Part shown: one piece after another, positions 18,110 through 27,469 of the stretch
Layout: each line of letters begins with the position of its first letter
How positions within the stretch are numbered: the stretch's first letter is position 1
Assembly: GCA_964521095.1 (NCBI GenBank)
Contig: CAZFPJ010000001.1
Coordinates: 224,166-288,165 of the forward strand
Direction: 5' to 3'
Source of the DNA: an uncultured Candidatus Saccharibacteria bacterium
GTDB taxonomy: Bacteria; Patescibacteriota; Saccharimonadia; Saccharimonadales; 2-12-FULL-41-12
Length of the DNA: 64,000 nucleotides
Notes under the pieces: generated by a model
Database searches by the model: none
Told to the model about the DNA's origin: nothing
The model's input: the letters and a program-made list of their open reading frames with translations, nothing else
Made by a program: the position numbers and the translations under genes

Positions 18110-18853
18110 CTATCTACCCAATCCCATATAATATTGCCTGTTTTTGTCAGACAATTTTTCGATGGCGTACCGTAGTTGAGTACGGGGCATTTCGTGTGCA
18201 TGCTCGTCCAAAAAATCTAGCAATATGGCTTCGTCTATTCTCTTACCAACTTCGCGGAGCATCCAGCCCACTGCCTTTTGGATTAAATCGTGTTGATCGT
18301 GTAGCAAAATTTCTGCAATATCAATAGCCTCTCCAGCACTTCCCTTTTTAATAAACGCAAACGAAGCAATCATGGCTACTCGTTTTTCCCACAAATTATC
18401 GCTCTGGGCTAGCTCTATTAATTTTTGATGCGAAGACTGTGCCACCAAATATTCGCCGACCACCCCTGGCGCCGTGACATCTACCAGATCCCAGTTATTG
18501 ACTCTACCTTGGGCTACATTGCGCAGATACATTTCAAATATTTCTTTCTTTTCTGGCTCGCTGGATTTTGGATATTTGTAAGATAAAATTATTAAGCCCG
18601 CCAGTCGATGTTCGTGAATTGGGCTATCCAAAAGTTTTTGAATTTCAGGGTATGCTAGACTCACAAATTGTTTGCAGACTTTTCGAGTATTCGGCACCCT
18701 AACTCCTATAAAAACATCTCCCTCTCCGTACTCGCCTGGGCCAGTTTTGAAAAACCTTTGCAACACCACTGCGTCGCTGTCGCTAGCATATTTTTGTAAC
18801 TCTGCCTGAAGCTGACTAGCCGTCATCGGTATATCCTTATTTTTTGCGGTCAA
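18110..18853 (-). CDS. DNA alkylation repair protein (AlkD-like HEAT-repeat family)
   Basis: LQRFFKTGPGEYGEGDVFIGVRVPNTRKV, WEKRVAMIASF, GWMLREVGK. Confidence 0.75.
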   Translation of the reverse strand: MTAKNKDIPMTASQLQAELQKYASDSDAVVLQRFFKTGPGEYGEGDVFIGVRVPNTRKVCKQFVSLAYPEIQKLLDSPIHEHRLAGLIILSYKYPKSSEPEKKEIFEMYLRNVAQGRVNNWDLVDVTAPGVVGEYLVAQSSHQKLIELAQSDNLWEKRVAMIASFAFIKKGSAGEAIDIAEILLHDQHDLIQKAVGWMLREVGKRIDEAILLDFLDEHAHEMPRTQLRYAIEKLSDKNRQYYMGLGR

Positions 18854-19394
18854 AATATCTTAGCTGTTTTTTCTGCAGATCCAAACGGATGATGTATTTT
18901 TCGAAAGGTTTTAACAAACTCGAATATTGCCTGTTTGGTGCTAGCACCTTCAGCATTTTCTTTTTCTTATGCAGGTATTCTATGAGTCCATAAAAATCGC
19001 CATCGCCCGAGACAATCACGGCTTTGTCGTAATTGGGCAATTCTTTCATGGCATAAAGTACCAAATCTGCGTCTATATTCCCTTTTGTTGGAGGCTTATC
19101 TTTTGCCTCTTTCTCCTCTTGGGTCAAATTAATGTCTAAAGTTGGCTTAAGAACAACCAAAAATCCCAGTTCGTGCATATATTCGTACAAACTTTCGTGC
19201 TCTTGCATATAGCCGATAAACATATACGCGTTCACCACATTGTATTCATCTTTTAGGTACTGCCTAAACTTTCGCCAGTCCATCTTAAAGCCGGCCTTTT
19301 GTACGCCAAGGTTCAGGTTTTGGCTATCAATAAAAGCATACGCTCTTGGCTTGCCCTTGCTAGACCTTCGTTTGATAATTTGCTTTGGTTCCAT
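18837..19394 (-). CDS. NYN/LabA-like domain protein (predicted RNase)
   Basis: AFIDSQNLNLG and VIVSGDGDFYGLIEYL. It overlaps the AlkD-like gene by 17 nt. Confidence 0.7.
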   Translation of the reverse strand: MEPKQIIKRRSSKGKPRAYAFIDSQNLNLGVQKAGFKMDWRKFRQYLKDEYNVVNAYMFIGYMQEHESLYEYMHELGFLVVLKPTLDINLTQEEKEAKDKPPTKGNIDADLVLYAMKELPNYDKAVIVSGDGDFYGLIEYLHKKKKMLKVLAPNRQYSSLLKPFEKYIIRLDLQKKQLRYFDRKK

Positions 19395-19404
19395 AATTTT
19401 TTTC

Positions 19405-19803
19405 TCACTTTTCTAATTTTAATAATGCTAAAAATGCATACTCATGTCCAGCCGGAACCGCAAAAGGCATCCATTTGTCAGACTGCTTTTTGTTGGACTC
19501 TTTATAAAATCTAGCCCCTAAAGTATCGCCGAAAGAAGCCGGCTTTTTGGGAGCAATGAACTTTTCGATTTTACGAGCCGACCACTTCTCTATCAGTTTC
19601 TTAACCTCATCTATACCCAAAACTACATGGGCGCTAAACAACACATAGGTAAAGCCCATCTTGCTATTAATTAGTACTGCCTCGTCATCTTTTAGATATT
19701 CCACCTTGGCAATACTCATAATATTGCCATGCGCTTTCGGCAAGGCAAACTGCGCCAACTTATTGCTGGCCGAATCATAACGAAAATTTCGCGGTACTCC
19801 CAT
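19405..19803 (-). CDS. Hypothetical protein
   Basis: 132-aa ORF packed tightly between neighbours. No motif was recognised. Confidence 0.5.
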   Translation of the reverse strand: MGVPRNFRYDSASNKLAQFALPKAHGNIMSIAKVEYLKDDEAVLINSKMGFTYVLFSAHVVLGIDEVKKLIEKWSARKIEKFIAPKKPASFGDTLGARFYKESNKKQSDKWMPFAVPAGHEYAFLALLKLEK

Positions 19804-19838
19804 TGTGATTTATTTTACCACCTTTGGTCTCTATAACT

Positions 19839-20795
19839 TTATCGTAGCAAGCTTTTTAAGGGCACCAACACCGGTACACCCTGCTCGGTACGACCAGAAG
19901 AATACACATCAAGTTGCCCCTGATCGATAAAGGCTCTACTTGGGCCAGTTCGGCAGTAAGCAAAAGATACATCAAACATCTCTGGATATACATCTACCGT
20001 TCTTTGCATATCGCTAAATAATATCCCCTGACCATCACCGCCTCGCTCCAAGTTATCCTTTGTGCCAAACATAAAGTCTTTGGCGCGAATTGGCTTTGCC
20101 CTAAAAAGAGTAGAGCCGTTTAGGTAACTCAGCCTCTGCTTATTTAAGCCTATCTGAAATTCTTCACCTTCGAATAATCTATGAGCCAGCTTACCAATCA
20201 TGCGGAGTTTTTCTACTCTATCCATGCCCCCTGCTTCTACGATAGCCCTAAGCTGGCCAAACACTCTGTCGCCTTGCAAATCCTCAAAACTATGTGCATC
20301 AATTGGCTGAGTAGGCTCTATATAACTACCATCTGCGCAAACCATGGTTGTTTCGGTAATACTGGCAATTCTGCCCAACCCATCTACTCCTGTAACAGAG
20401 AGGTCGCTGTGTACTACCATGTGTGTCAGCCTTTTGTAGACATCATCATGCTTAGGGTCATAAACATCCATCAAAAAATAGCCGTTATAATATCCTTGAG
20501 CAACCAGTCCTCCCTCTAGCGTAGTAGCCAAATCACCGGGCCCCGAATCTTTGTAGGGCAAACTCAGTATGCTAGACTCTCCGTATTCATCTATGCCTGG
20601 CGTCAATATATCCCCAGCAACCGCCACCTGCTTATTTAGTAACGGATTAGTCCCATCGAGCTTATTTATTGCTTCTTGAAGCTCTGCGTTCGCCTCTTCG
20701 GTAAAATCGTTATAACCACTAATCTGCCTATCCATCTCTCCGGCCTCGTGGTTCAATGCCCTCACTAAATCTAAAGGGCCTTTCTCTATCGACAT
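19839..20795 (-). CDS. Hypothetical protein (orphan, cytoplasmic, acidic)
   Basis: 318-aa ORF. No motif was recognised. Confidence 0.6.
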   Translation of the reverse strand: MSIEKGPLDLVRALNHEAGEMDRQISGYNDFTEEANAELQEAINKLDGTNPLLNKQVAVAGDILTPGIDEYGESSILSLPYKDSGPGDLATTLEGGLVAQGYYNGYFLMDVYDPKHDDVYKRLTHMVVHSDLSVTGVDGLGRIASITETTMVCADGSYIEPTQPIDAHSFEDLQGDRVFGQLRAIVEAGGMDRVEKLRMIGKLAHRLFEGEEFQIGLNKQRLSYLNGSTLFRAKPIRAKDFMFGTKDNLERGGDGQGILFSDMQRTVDVYPEMFDVSFAYCRTGPSRAFIDQGQLDVYSSGRTEQGVPVLVPLKSLLR

Positions 20796-20843
20796 AAGCT
20801 CATCCTACATCCGCGCCAGACATAGCGCAAGCATAGGCGCGAT

Positions 20844-21107
20844 CTAGTCGGCTAGGTATTTGGCCTCGACCTGCTGTTGGTTGATGCCGTTTGTTATGTC
20901 TGTAAAACCTTGAGCCTGCAAAAAGCCTTTCGACACATTAGATCTACTGCCACTTATGCAGTACAGCACCAGTGGCGTATCTTTTGGAACATCTTTTAAC
21001 TTATCGGCTCCTGACATAATCTCGGCGGGTGGGATATTAATAGCATCCTGCACATGCCCTCTTGCAAACTCTTCTGGCTCCCTAACATCTATAAAAACTG
21101 TATTCAT
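20844..21107 (-). CDS. Single-domain rhodanese-like sulfurtransferase
   Basis: FIDVREPEEFARGHVQDAINIP and the active-site loop YCISGSRS. Confidence 0.8.
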   Translation of the reverse strand: MNTVFIDVREPEEFARGHVQDAINIPPAEIMSGADKLKDVPKDTPLVLYCISGSRSNVSKGFLQAQGFTDITNGINQQQVEAKYLAD

Positions 21108-21126
21108 GGGTTATATTATACCAAAA

Positions 21127-22050
21127 TTACAAAGTTAACATTAACGAACCCGAGACTATTACGGCGATAGACAAGGCTTTTTGCGCCAATACTCGCCTAG
21201 ACAAATCTTCTGGCTCCAGCCCTCTAAAAAACCGCATCAACAAGATCGCCAAAACCAACACAAAAGCCGACTCAAAGGCCTCGACTGCTTGCACAAAGGC
21301 AATCGGCACCAAAAGTATCGCATAGTTATGCGCTACCCTGCCCGCATTGCCCACAATATTACTAAACAGCATGATCGCAGATAGTTTGCGCCGCCTGCTG
21401 GTCCTAAACAATCGCATAAATTGTTTGCGATTGCGTGACACCAGCAATATAACAAGGCTGGTCATAACTGCTCCAGCAAAAAACCAAACCAGAGCACTCT
21501 GGAATCCAATACTCTCGTAAGACATCTTAAAGCCAACGCTCCCCGCAACAGATGCAACGCTAGATGTAATAACTAGCGCCATAACCACCCAGTTAACTCG
21601 AAACATGTGCTTCACGACCCGACTATCCACCAATATACCACCGGCTACGATAATTAATATCCCTAGTATATGTATAGGAGCAATCTTCTCACCCAAAAAT
21701 ACACCCGCTAAGATAATGGCAAAGATCGGCGAAAAAGAATACAGTGGCGCTATCCGGGTGACTTCTTCCTTTTTGACGGCTTTATAATAAAAATACCCTG
21801 CACAAAAATTTAAAACCCCACCAATTATGGCTGGAACAACCTGCCTCCAGGTTGGCACAGTTGTAGCAATACCCGGATTAAGGGCAATCATAAAGACAAT
21901 CACCACCACCCCGGTCAACCCAGACACCAGGCTAATCTGCATGTTTGATACACCTCGGCCAAACTTTGTAATACCCACTTTATCAATATGGTAAGTAGTC
22001 GCCCAAATAAGCGGAGCCAGTAGTGCTATAAAAAACCAATGTGGAATCAT
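21127..22050 (-). CDS. EamA/DMT-family transporter
   Basis: 307 aa with about 10 TM segments and the two-EamA-repeat architecture. Confidence 0.75.
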   Translation of the reverse strand: MIPHWFFIALLAPLIWATTYHIDKVGITKFGRGVSNMQISLVSGLTGVVVIVFMIALNPGIATTVPTWRQVVPAIIGGVLNFCAGYFYYKAVKKEEVTRIAPLYSFSPIFAIILAGVFLGEKIAPIHILGILIIVAGGILVDSRVVKHMFRVNWVVMALVITSSVASVAGSVGFKMSYESIGFQSALVWFFAGAVMTSLVILLVSRNRKQFMRLFRTSRRRKLSAIMLFSNIVGNAGRVAHNYAILLVPIAFVQAVEAFESAFVLVLAILLMRFFRGLEPEDLSRRVLAQKALSIAVIVSGSLMLTL

Positions 22051-22144
22051 AATATTGTTTATTTTTGTTTATTTACCTGCCTATTATACCATCTTATGGG
22101 TGGCACAGAACAACCCGTATTGTTATTACTTTACCGTATTATTT

Positions 22145-22837
22145 CTATTTTAGTGTATTAGGTTTCTTTATGTCGTTTTCTTTCACGACAAGTTGGTGTA
22201 ACGCCTCAAAGACATCTTCTTGAGCAAAAGATATACCCGTTGAATGCCTTAATTTTCTCCTTACGCAGTTCACTACATCGCTGGTATAAACATGTTTAGA
22301 AAGATTCTCTGGAGTAAGAGCATCAAACCGTTTCCAGTATGTTTCGAGTTCGTTTTTTAGTATTGCATGCTTGCACAAATTGACTAAATCTTCCGAGCTT
22401 TGTTTCATAGTTTTAAGGTCGCTAAGGTCATATTCAAACACTTTATGTATACTTATCGGCTTATCGAAAATTACTCTATATAGCTGTATCTGTTTTCCAT
22501 TAAATAGCATGATCCAATCAATGCCTTCATTGGCAGCATAGCTTACGCTCTGTCTCAAATGCCTTTCGTTCAAATCAAGCTGTATAGACTTCACCTCAAT
22601 AACAAAATGCTTTTTCCGTGCAATCTGAATAATATAGTCTGCGTACTCACCCCTGATGTTATATTCGGTTTTAATATCTTCCAATTCTACATAGCCCAGA
22701 ACTTCAGTCAAGAAATAGTTGACCATTAGCCTGGTACCTGACTCATCCAACTCCAGATTTGTCTTTTTAGTTAAGTATTTTTTTCTATACTCTCTTAGTC
22801 TTTTTTCTAATTGGTTTTTTTGATGCAGAGTAGGCAT
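22145..22837 (-). CDS. HsdR_N-like PD-(D/E)xK domain protein (type I restriction enzyme R N-terminal-like, stand-alone)
   Basis: ESGTRLMVNYFLTEVLGY...YADYII...VIEVKS matches the D...E-x-K nuclease core pattern. The gene is AT-rich. Its start overlaps the glyQS stop. Confidence 0.55.
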   Translation of the reverse strand: MPTLHQKNQLEKRLREYRKKYLTKKTNLELDESGTRLMVNYFLTEVLGYVELEDIKTEYNIRGEYADYIIQIARKKHFVIEVKSIQLDLNERHLRQSVSYAANEGIDWIMLFNGKQIQLYRVIFDKPISIHKVFEYDLSDLKTMKQSSEDLVNLCKHAILKNELETYWKRFDALTPENLSKHVYTSDVVNCVRRKLRHSTGISFAQEDVFEALHQLVVKENDIKKPNTLK

Positions 22838-24261
22838 TATTTTGCTCCTAATTTTAGATTACTTATCTTAACTCGTTCCTGCTTGGTGGTGTCGCGGTGG
22901 CGAATTGTGACGGTGTCGTCTTCTAGTGTGTCAAAGTCTATTACTACGCAGTATGGGGTGCCAATTTCGTCTTGTCGGCGGTAGCGTTTGCCGATGTTGC
23001 CGTTGTCGTCCCACATGACAGCGCCGTGTTTTTGCTTTAAGGCTTTATAGACTTCCCTAGCCTTTGCAACCAACTCTGGCTTGTTTTTAAGTAACGGTGA
23101 CACTGCGTATTTAACTGGAGCAAGGTGTTCTGGGAGCTTCAAGTACACTCTTTTTTCTCCGTTAATTTCGTCCTCTGTATACGCACTCGTCAACACTGCG
23201 ACAATTGCCCGCTCTACACCAAAACTTGGCTCTATCACATGCGGAACAAACGATTCTTTGCCGTCTTTGGTGCGGTATTCCATGTTTTTGCCAGATTCTC
23301 TTTGGATGTTACCAAGGTCAAAATCTGTTCGATATGCCAGACCAAGCAATTCATCGCGCTTGTGCGGGAAATCAAATTCAAAATCGATAGTTCGTTTGCT
23401 GTAATGTGCCCTGTCCGCCTCTTCTACCTCTAGCTTGTGAACTGATTCTTTTGGCAGACCTAGCTCACCTAGGAAAACTTCAATATCTTTGACCCACTTA
23501 TCAAATTCTGCCTTCCAGCTATCAGGGCGGATGAAATATTCAATCTCCATTTGCTCGAATTCTCGAGAGCGGAACACAAAATCCCGTGGGCTAATCTCGT
23601 TTCTAAAAGCCTTGCCGATCTGTCCAATACCAAATGGCATATCTGGGTAAAAGCTATCCATCACGCTCTTGTAATTTGTAAATATCCCTTGTGCCGTCTC
23701 TGGCCTCAAGAATACAGTATTTTTACCTACATCATCTCTTGACTCTGTACTTATTGGAAGCTCTATCGTATCTATCTTTTCATCATCGAACACTCTCAAT
23801 AAATCTTTTACTTCTTGTTTTGAAGCCTTCATTGTTCCTAAAATATCTGCAGTGGGGCCAATCTTTGTTTCGAACATCATGTTGAACTGCTTTGCTTCGC
23901 CAAAAGTGCCTGTTTTGCCACAAGTTGGGCATTTGCCTCCCTCCAGGTGGTCTGCCCGAAACCGCCCTTTACAGTTAGCGCACTCCACAAGCGGATCTGT
24001 AAAAGTATCTACATGACCGCTGGCTTGCCAGACTTTTTGGTTCATCAAAATACTAGCATCTACTCCATACATGTCCTCGCGGTCATCTACAAAAGTCTTC
24101 CACCACAAGTCCTGAATATTTCGCTTCAGCGCCACGCCAAGCGGACCGTAGTCCCATGTACCACTCAAGCCACCGTATACTTCACTGCCCTGGTATATAA
24201 ACCCACGGCGCTTACATAGGCTAACAATATCTTCCATTTTTACATTACTCATTAATGCCAA
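22837..24261 (-). CDS. glyQS: Glycine--tRNA ligase (alpha2 homodimeric type)
   Basis: CKRRGFIYQGSEVYGGLSGTWDYGPLG, FRNEISPR, and a class II core. Confidence 0.93.
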   Translation of the reverse strand: MALMSNVKMEDIVSLCKRRGFIYQGSEVYGGLSGTWDYGPLGVALKRNIQDLWWKTFVDDREDMYGVDASILMNQKVWQASGHVDTFTDPLVECANCKGRFRADHLEGGKCPTCGKTGTFGEAKQFNMMFETKIGPTADILGTMKASKQEVKDLLRVFDDEKIDTIELPISTESRDDVGKNTVFLRPETAQGIFTNYKSVMDSFYPDMPFGIGQIGKAFRNEISPRDFVFRSREFEQMEIEYFIRPDSWKAEFDKWVKDIEVFLGELGLPKESVHKLEVEEADRAHYSKRTIDFEFDFPHKRDELLGLAYRTDFDLGNIQRESGKNMEYRTKDGKESFVPHVIEPSFGVERAIVAVLTSAYTEDEINGEKRVYLKLPEHLAPVKYAVSPLLKNKPELVAKAREVYKALKQKHGAVMWDDNGNIGKRYRRQDEIGTPYCVVIDFDTLEDDTVTIRHRDTTKQERVKISNLKLGAK

Positions 24262-24309
24262 TTATACCTCAACAGATCCCTCCAAGCCTACCCCCTTGCA
24301 ACAGCTAGG

Positions 24310-25017
24310 TCAAACATGCGACCGGATGAGTTGATAAAAAAGCTTGTGAGCGGCTGGTACAAGTTTTTCAATATCTTTGACTTGCATAAGTTTTTGAGGA
24401 GTTTTTGTACTCGGAATAAGTCGAAGGAACTTGATATGATTTTGTGTAAAATTACCCCTGTTATTTGCCACAAAACACTGGCTATCGTAGTCAAACGAGT
24501 ACGAATTTACTTGCTCAAGACTACTCCCGTTTGATGCAGTTGCCAAGTTAGGCAGACTACCAATCTCGTGCAAGATATTTATACTAAACCAAAGCTCCAC
24601 CAAATCTTTTGTTATCTCTAGGTCATCTAGGGCAGTAAAAGCCTCTACCAATAATCCGTAAAAGCCCTCTCCACCACCGTCTTCGGCTAATTTACTGACT
24701 GTCTTTAGAAAATCATAGCCCAACATAGTCCGATTTAAGTCTTTGGATATATTTTGAAAATGCCTATCCAGTCTGCTGGAAGTGAGAATATATAACTCAC
24801 CCCTGCCCTTTGTCAGGCAGACAGTGTTTTCGCTAAACAGCTCTATACCACCAGCCAGCTTACTTTTACCCGCCCGCACACCTTTGGCAAGCACACTAGC
24901 TTTGCCAGACTGTCGACCGAGTACCGTTAATATCCTATCCCGTTCGCCATAATCAACCCGCGACAAAACTATAATTTTATCTGTTACTTGGTTCAAATAC
25001 TGCCCCCGCGACAACAC
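24310..25017 (-). CDS. recO: DNA repair protein RecO
   Basis: IVLSRVDYGERDRILTVLGRQSGKASVLAKGVR marks the OB-fold N-terminus. It has a GTG start that overlaps the upstream gene by 41 nt. Confidence 0.8.
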   Translation of the reverse strand: MLSRGQYLNQVTDKIIVLSRVDYGERDRILTVLGRQSGKASVLAKGVRAGKSKLAGGIELFSENTVCLTKGRGELYILTSSRLDRHFQNISKDLNRTMLGYDFLKTVSKLAEDGGGEGFYGLLVEAFTALDDLEITKDLVELWFSINILHEIGSLPNLATASNGSSLEQVNSYSFDYDSQCFVANNRGNFTQNHIKFLRLIPSTKTPQKLMQVKDIEKLVPAAHKLFYQLIRSHV

Positions 25018-25360
25018 TCTCTAACTTTTTAAATGTCGTTGTTGGTTTATAAAGATGATCTACAATTCCTAGCCGGTGCATGATGTCTTGACTTAAATCT
25101 GCAGTCTCTGCGGATATGCGACTATATATGACTACCGGAATACCCGCCCAATCTTGATGAGACCGAAGTTCGTACAAAAATTCTAAACCGTTATGAACGG
25201 GTAAAGCCAGCTCCATTACTATCACGGCAGGAGAATTTTCTGCACAGTACACCGCTTGTTGAGCACTAAAAGCAACCTCTACCTCGTGCCCTGCGTTCTC
25301 AAACCATAACTTTGTGGCTTCGGCTAACTCTTTGTTAGACTCTAAAAGTAAAATTTTCAT
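24977..25360 (-). CDS. Stand-alone receiver (REC) domain protein with Glu at the phospho-acceptor position
   Basis: 127 aa with a CheY-like fold pattern. ILLLESN stands where DD is usual. VIVMELALP stands where D-L/M-x-M-P is usual. The conserved Ser (VVIYSRIS) and Lys (LYKPT) are retained. Confidence 0.7.
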   Translation of the reverse strand: MKILLLESNKELAEATKLWFENAGHEVEVAFSAQQAVYCAENSPAVIVMELALPVHNGLEFLYELRSHQDWAGIPVVIYSRISAETADLSQDIMHRLGIVDHLYKPTTTFKKLESVVAGAVFEPSNR

Positions 25361-26073
25361 ACAAAAGAAAGTTGTTCGCTTTTTATTAGCTCAATACCGA
25401 TACCTCTATTTTTAAACCTCTTAATCGGCAAGATCCGGCCACCCATAGCAAGTGCCAGACTCTCGGCTAACGCCAGTTGGATTCCATTACCACTTAAATT
25501 CTCATGAGAAGAATAAACCTCTCCTTGCAGACTTCGTGAGATCAACAAATCTGCCTCAGACAGGGCAACACCACCAGAGACAGCAACACCGGCCACAACC
25601 TGATTGTCTGAGCGCTTAAAAGCAGACAAACTAAGGACTCTATGGTCCTTGTCCTGATGAGATAGACAAAATAGCTTAATCAAGCAATTAAGGGCTACTG
25701 TGATTGCCCGTCTATCTACCATAACTGGCTTGTTGTAGCTGGCGTCAATCTGAACCTTGTAATTGTACTTCTTTGCGAATAGCATGTTAGCCTGAGACAC
25801 TTCGTAAAAAACAGAACCCATAGTTGTAGGCTCTAATGGCAATAGGCTCTGGCCATATTCGCTCTGGGCGCTCAATAAGTAGCTATCGACAAGCTGGAGA
25901 GCCTGTTCGCTAATGTATTGAATTTCAGACAAAACAGCCTTGTCGCCTGTTTTTGCAGACAATTCTGCCAACCGTGCTACAGAGATTAAAGAATCTTTTA
26001 ACTCAGCAACCGTACCCCTCGCTACCCTGTCGGGTGACAACACATTACCGATATCCAATGGTTTGTACGCCAA
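25357..26073 (-). CDS. Soluble histidine-kinase-like protein lacking the phosphorylatable His (degenerate DHp + HATPase_c)
   Basis: AELKDSLISV stands where HELRTPLTSI is usual (His to Ala). An N-box-like VALNCLIK is present. The G1 box is degenerate (VSGGVAL) and the G2 region is G2-like (GNGIQLALAESLALAMGGRI). There is no TM or sensor domain. It has a TTG start. Confidence 0.5.
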   Translation of the reverse strand: MAYKPLDIGNVLSPDRVARGTVAELKDSLISVARLAELSAKTGDKAVLSEIQYISEQALQLVDSYLLSAQSEYGQSLLPLEPTTMGSVFYEVSQANMLFAKKYNYKVQIDASYNKPVMVDRRAITVALNCLIKLFCLSHQDKDHRVLSLSAFKRSDNQVVAGVAVSGGVALSEADLLISRSLQGEVYSSHENLSGNGIQLALAESLALAMGGRILPIKRFKNRGIGIELIKSEQLSFV

Positions 26074-26118
26074 CGAAAAATACCCTCACTTTTATAGAAA
26101 GTAGTATACCACGCAACT

Positions 26119-26766
26119 CTATGGCTGGAACTGAAAGTTGGGCAAAATAATGCCGTTAAAGTCTTTGAGTCCGTCTGTTGTCTCGGTAGATATTTTGATA
26201 GTTTTATCACGAAGCGGTAAAACAACTGCCGCCCCTTGCCTGCTAGGAGTTATTGCTCCGTCAAAACGCATACCAACTTCCTTGGGCATTTTTGGCAAAG
26301 CATAGGCTACCGCCGTTAACTTTTTATTCTTTACCTGGCTGTCATAGCCTCTAATTACTTGATCATAAGCCTGCTGTACTACCTCTATTTTGAGCATCTG
26401 TGAAGCCTCGTTGCCTCCTGTTACGATATCTCTGTTAGCCAATACGGTCATGCCTCTGTCGTTATTTTGATCAACGAACATACTCCAAGTCTTGGGGTAC
26501 TTTAAGCTTATTGTTCCCAGCGACTCTGGGCCGGTATACCCTTTTAGAGGTTCCTTTTCTCTCTCTAAAAATTCGTTGTCTTTGTCGCTATTGGCCTTTT
26601 TGACGGCTACGCCAACTGCAGAGGCTGACTTTTTGTCACTATGGTCTTTGTAGTCTTGCCTTTCCATATAAGCCCACACGCCAAAACCGACTGCTCCAAA
26701 AAAGAATATGACGCTAAAGATTAGGGGTATAAGCAAGATATTTATTTGCCCACTCTGATTCTTCAT
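26119..26766 (-). CDS. Hypothetical membrane-anchored/secreted protein
   Basis: 215 aa with a single N-terminal TM segment (INILLIPLIFSVIFFFGAVGFGVWAY). Confidence 0.6.
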   Translation of the reverse strand: MKNQSGQINILLIPLIFSVIFFFGAVGFGVWAYMERQDYKDHSDKKSASAVGVAVKKANSDKDNEFLEREKEPLKGYTGPESLGTISLKYPKTWSMFVDQNNDRGMTVLANRDIVTGGNEASQMLKIEVVQQAYDQVIRGYDSQVKNKKLTAVAYALPKMPKEVGMRFDGAITPSRQGAAVVLPLRDKTIKISTETTDGLKDFNGIILPNFQFQP

Positions 26767-26804
26767 ATTGCTAATGTTAACCGATATCGTAGCAAAAATG
26801 CAAC

Positions 26805-27290
26805 CTACTTATATGTATACAAAAAGACACTGCGGGTTCTTTTGGTGGGGCGCTTACCTTTTATGTCAAAAGCAAAGCTAGCCAGCTTGATAGGTTTATG
26901 ACTATAATTCTCAAATTTCTGGTCGAGCTTGTCCATGTATTTTGGCAACAGGAATACGAAAACTCCATCTGCCTTCGGCAAATCTCTTCGCCAAAAGTTA
27001 CCCCAAACAATCTTGACATTGTCTCTGTATCTTATAGTTACAAAATACGAGATAATTACCAAAAAAGGATTTAGCTCGTAACCAATTACCTTAACCCCCC
27101 GCTCGGCAGATCGCCTAAGTATTCTGCCGTCTCCAGACCCGAGCTCTAGCATGGTTTGACCCGCTTTTAGGTCTAGCGCGTCCAATGCTTCTTCTGCCTG
27201 AGGCTTCAGCGTTGGCACATATGGCGCCCCAAAAAAGACTACAAAACAAAATAAAAGGACTATAAGCCCAAGGATTACCCAGACGATCAT
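26805..27290 (-). CDS. Class I SAM-dependent methyltransferase (N-terminal TM anchor)
   Basis: Motif I LELGSGDGRI and the acidic loop GYELNP. Confidence 0.75.
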   Translation of the reverse strand: MIVWVILGLIVLLFCFVVFFGAPYVPTLKPQAEEALDALDLKAGQTMLELGSGDGRILRRSAERGVKVIGYELNPFLVIISYFVTIRYRDNVKIVWGNFWRRDLPKADGVFVFLLPKYMDKLDQKFENYSHKPIKLASFAFDIKGKRPTKRTRSVFLYTYK

Positions 27291-27469
27291 GTCTTATTGA
27301 TCACCTTAAACGAGTGCTCTGTGTCGGCTAGATATTTGTCTATGCTAGCAAGAACCTTTTGGGCTTCTTTATGCAACACGACCGCCTCATCTACATCTAC
27401 CGCTTCGTCTTGAAGTTTATTAACAATCTCGCCTAACTTCGCTTTCAGATCTTGATACTTGTCTGCCAT
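27287..27469 (-). CDS. xseB: Exodeoxyribonuclease VII small subunit
   Basis: 60-aa helical protein (LGEIVNKLQDEAVDVDEAVVLHKEAQKV) directly downstream of xseA. Confidence 0.8.
   Translation of the reverse strand: MADKYQDLKAKLGEIVNKLQDEAVDVDEAVVLHKEAQKVLASIDKYLADTEHSFKVINKT

Noticed and set aside
22837-24309. T-box or other leader elements upstream of the aminoacyl-tRNA synthetase genes (glyQS, serS, lysK, proS).
   Set aside because: The upstream gaps are only about 8-56 nt. That is far too short for a T-box riboswitch of about 200 nt.
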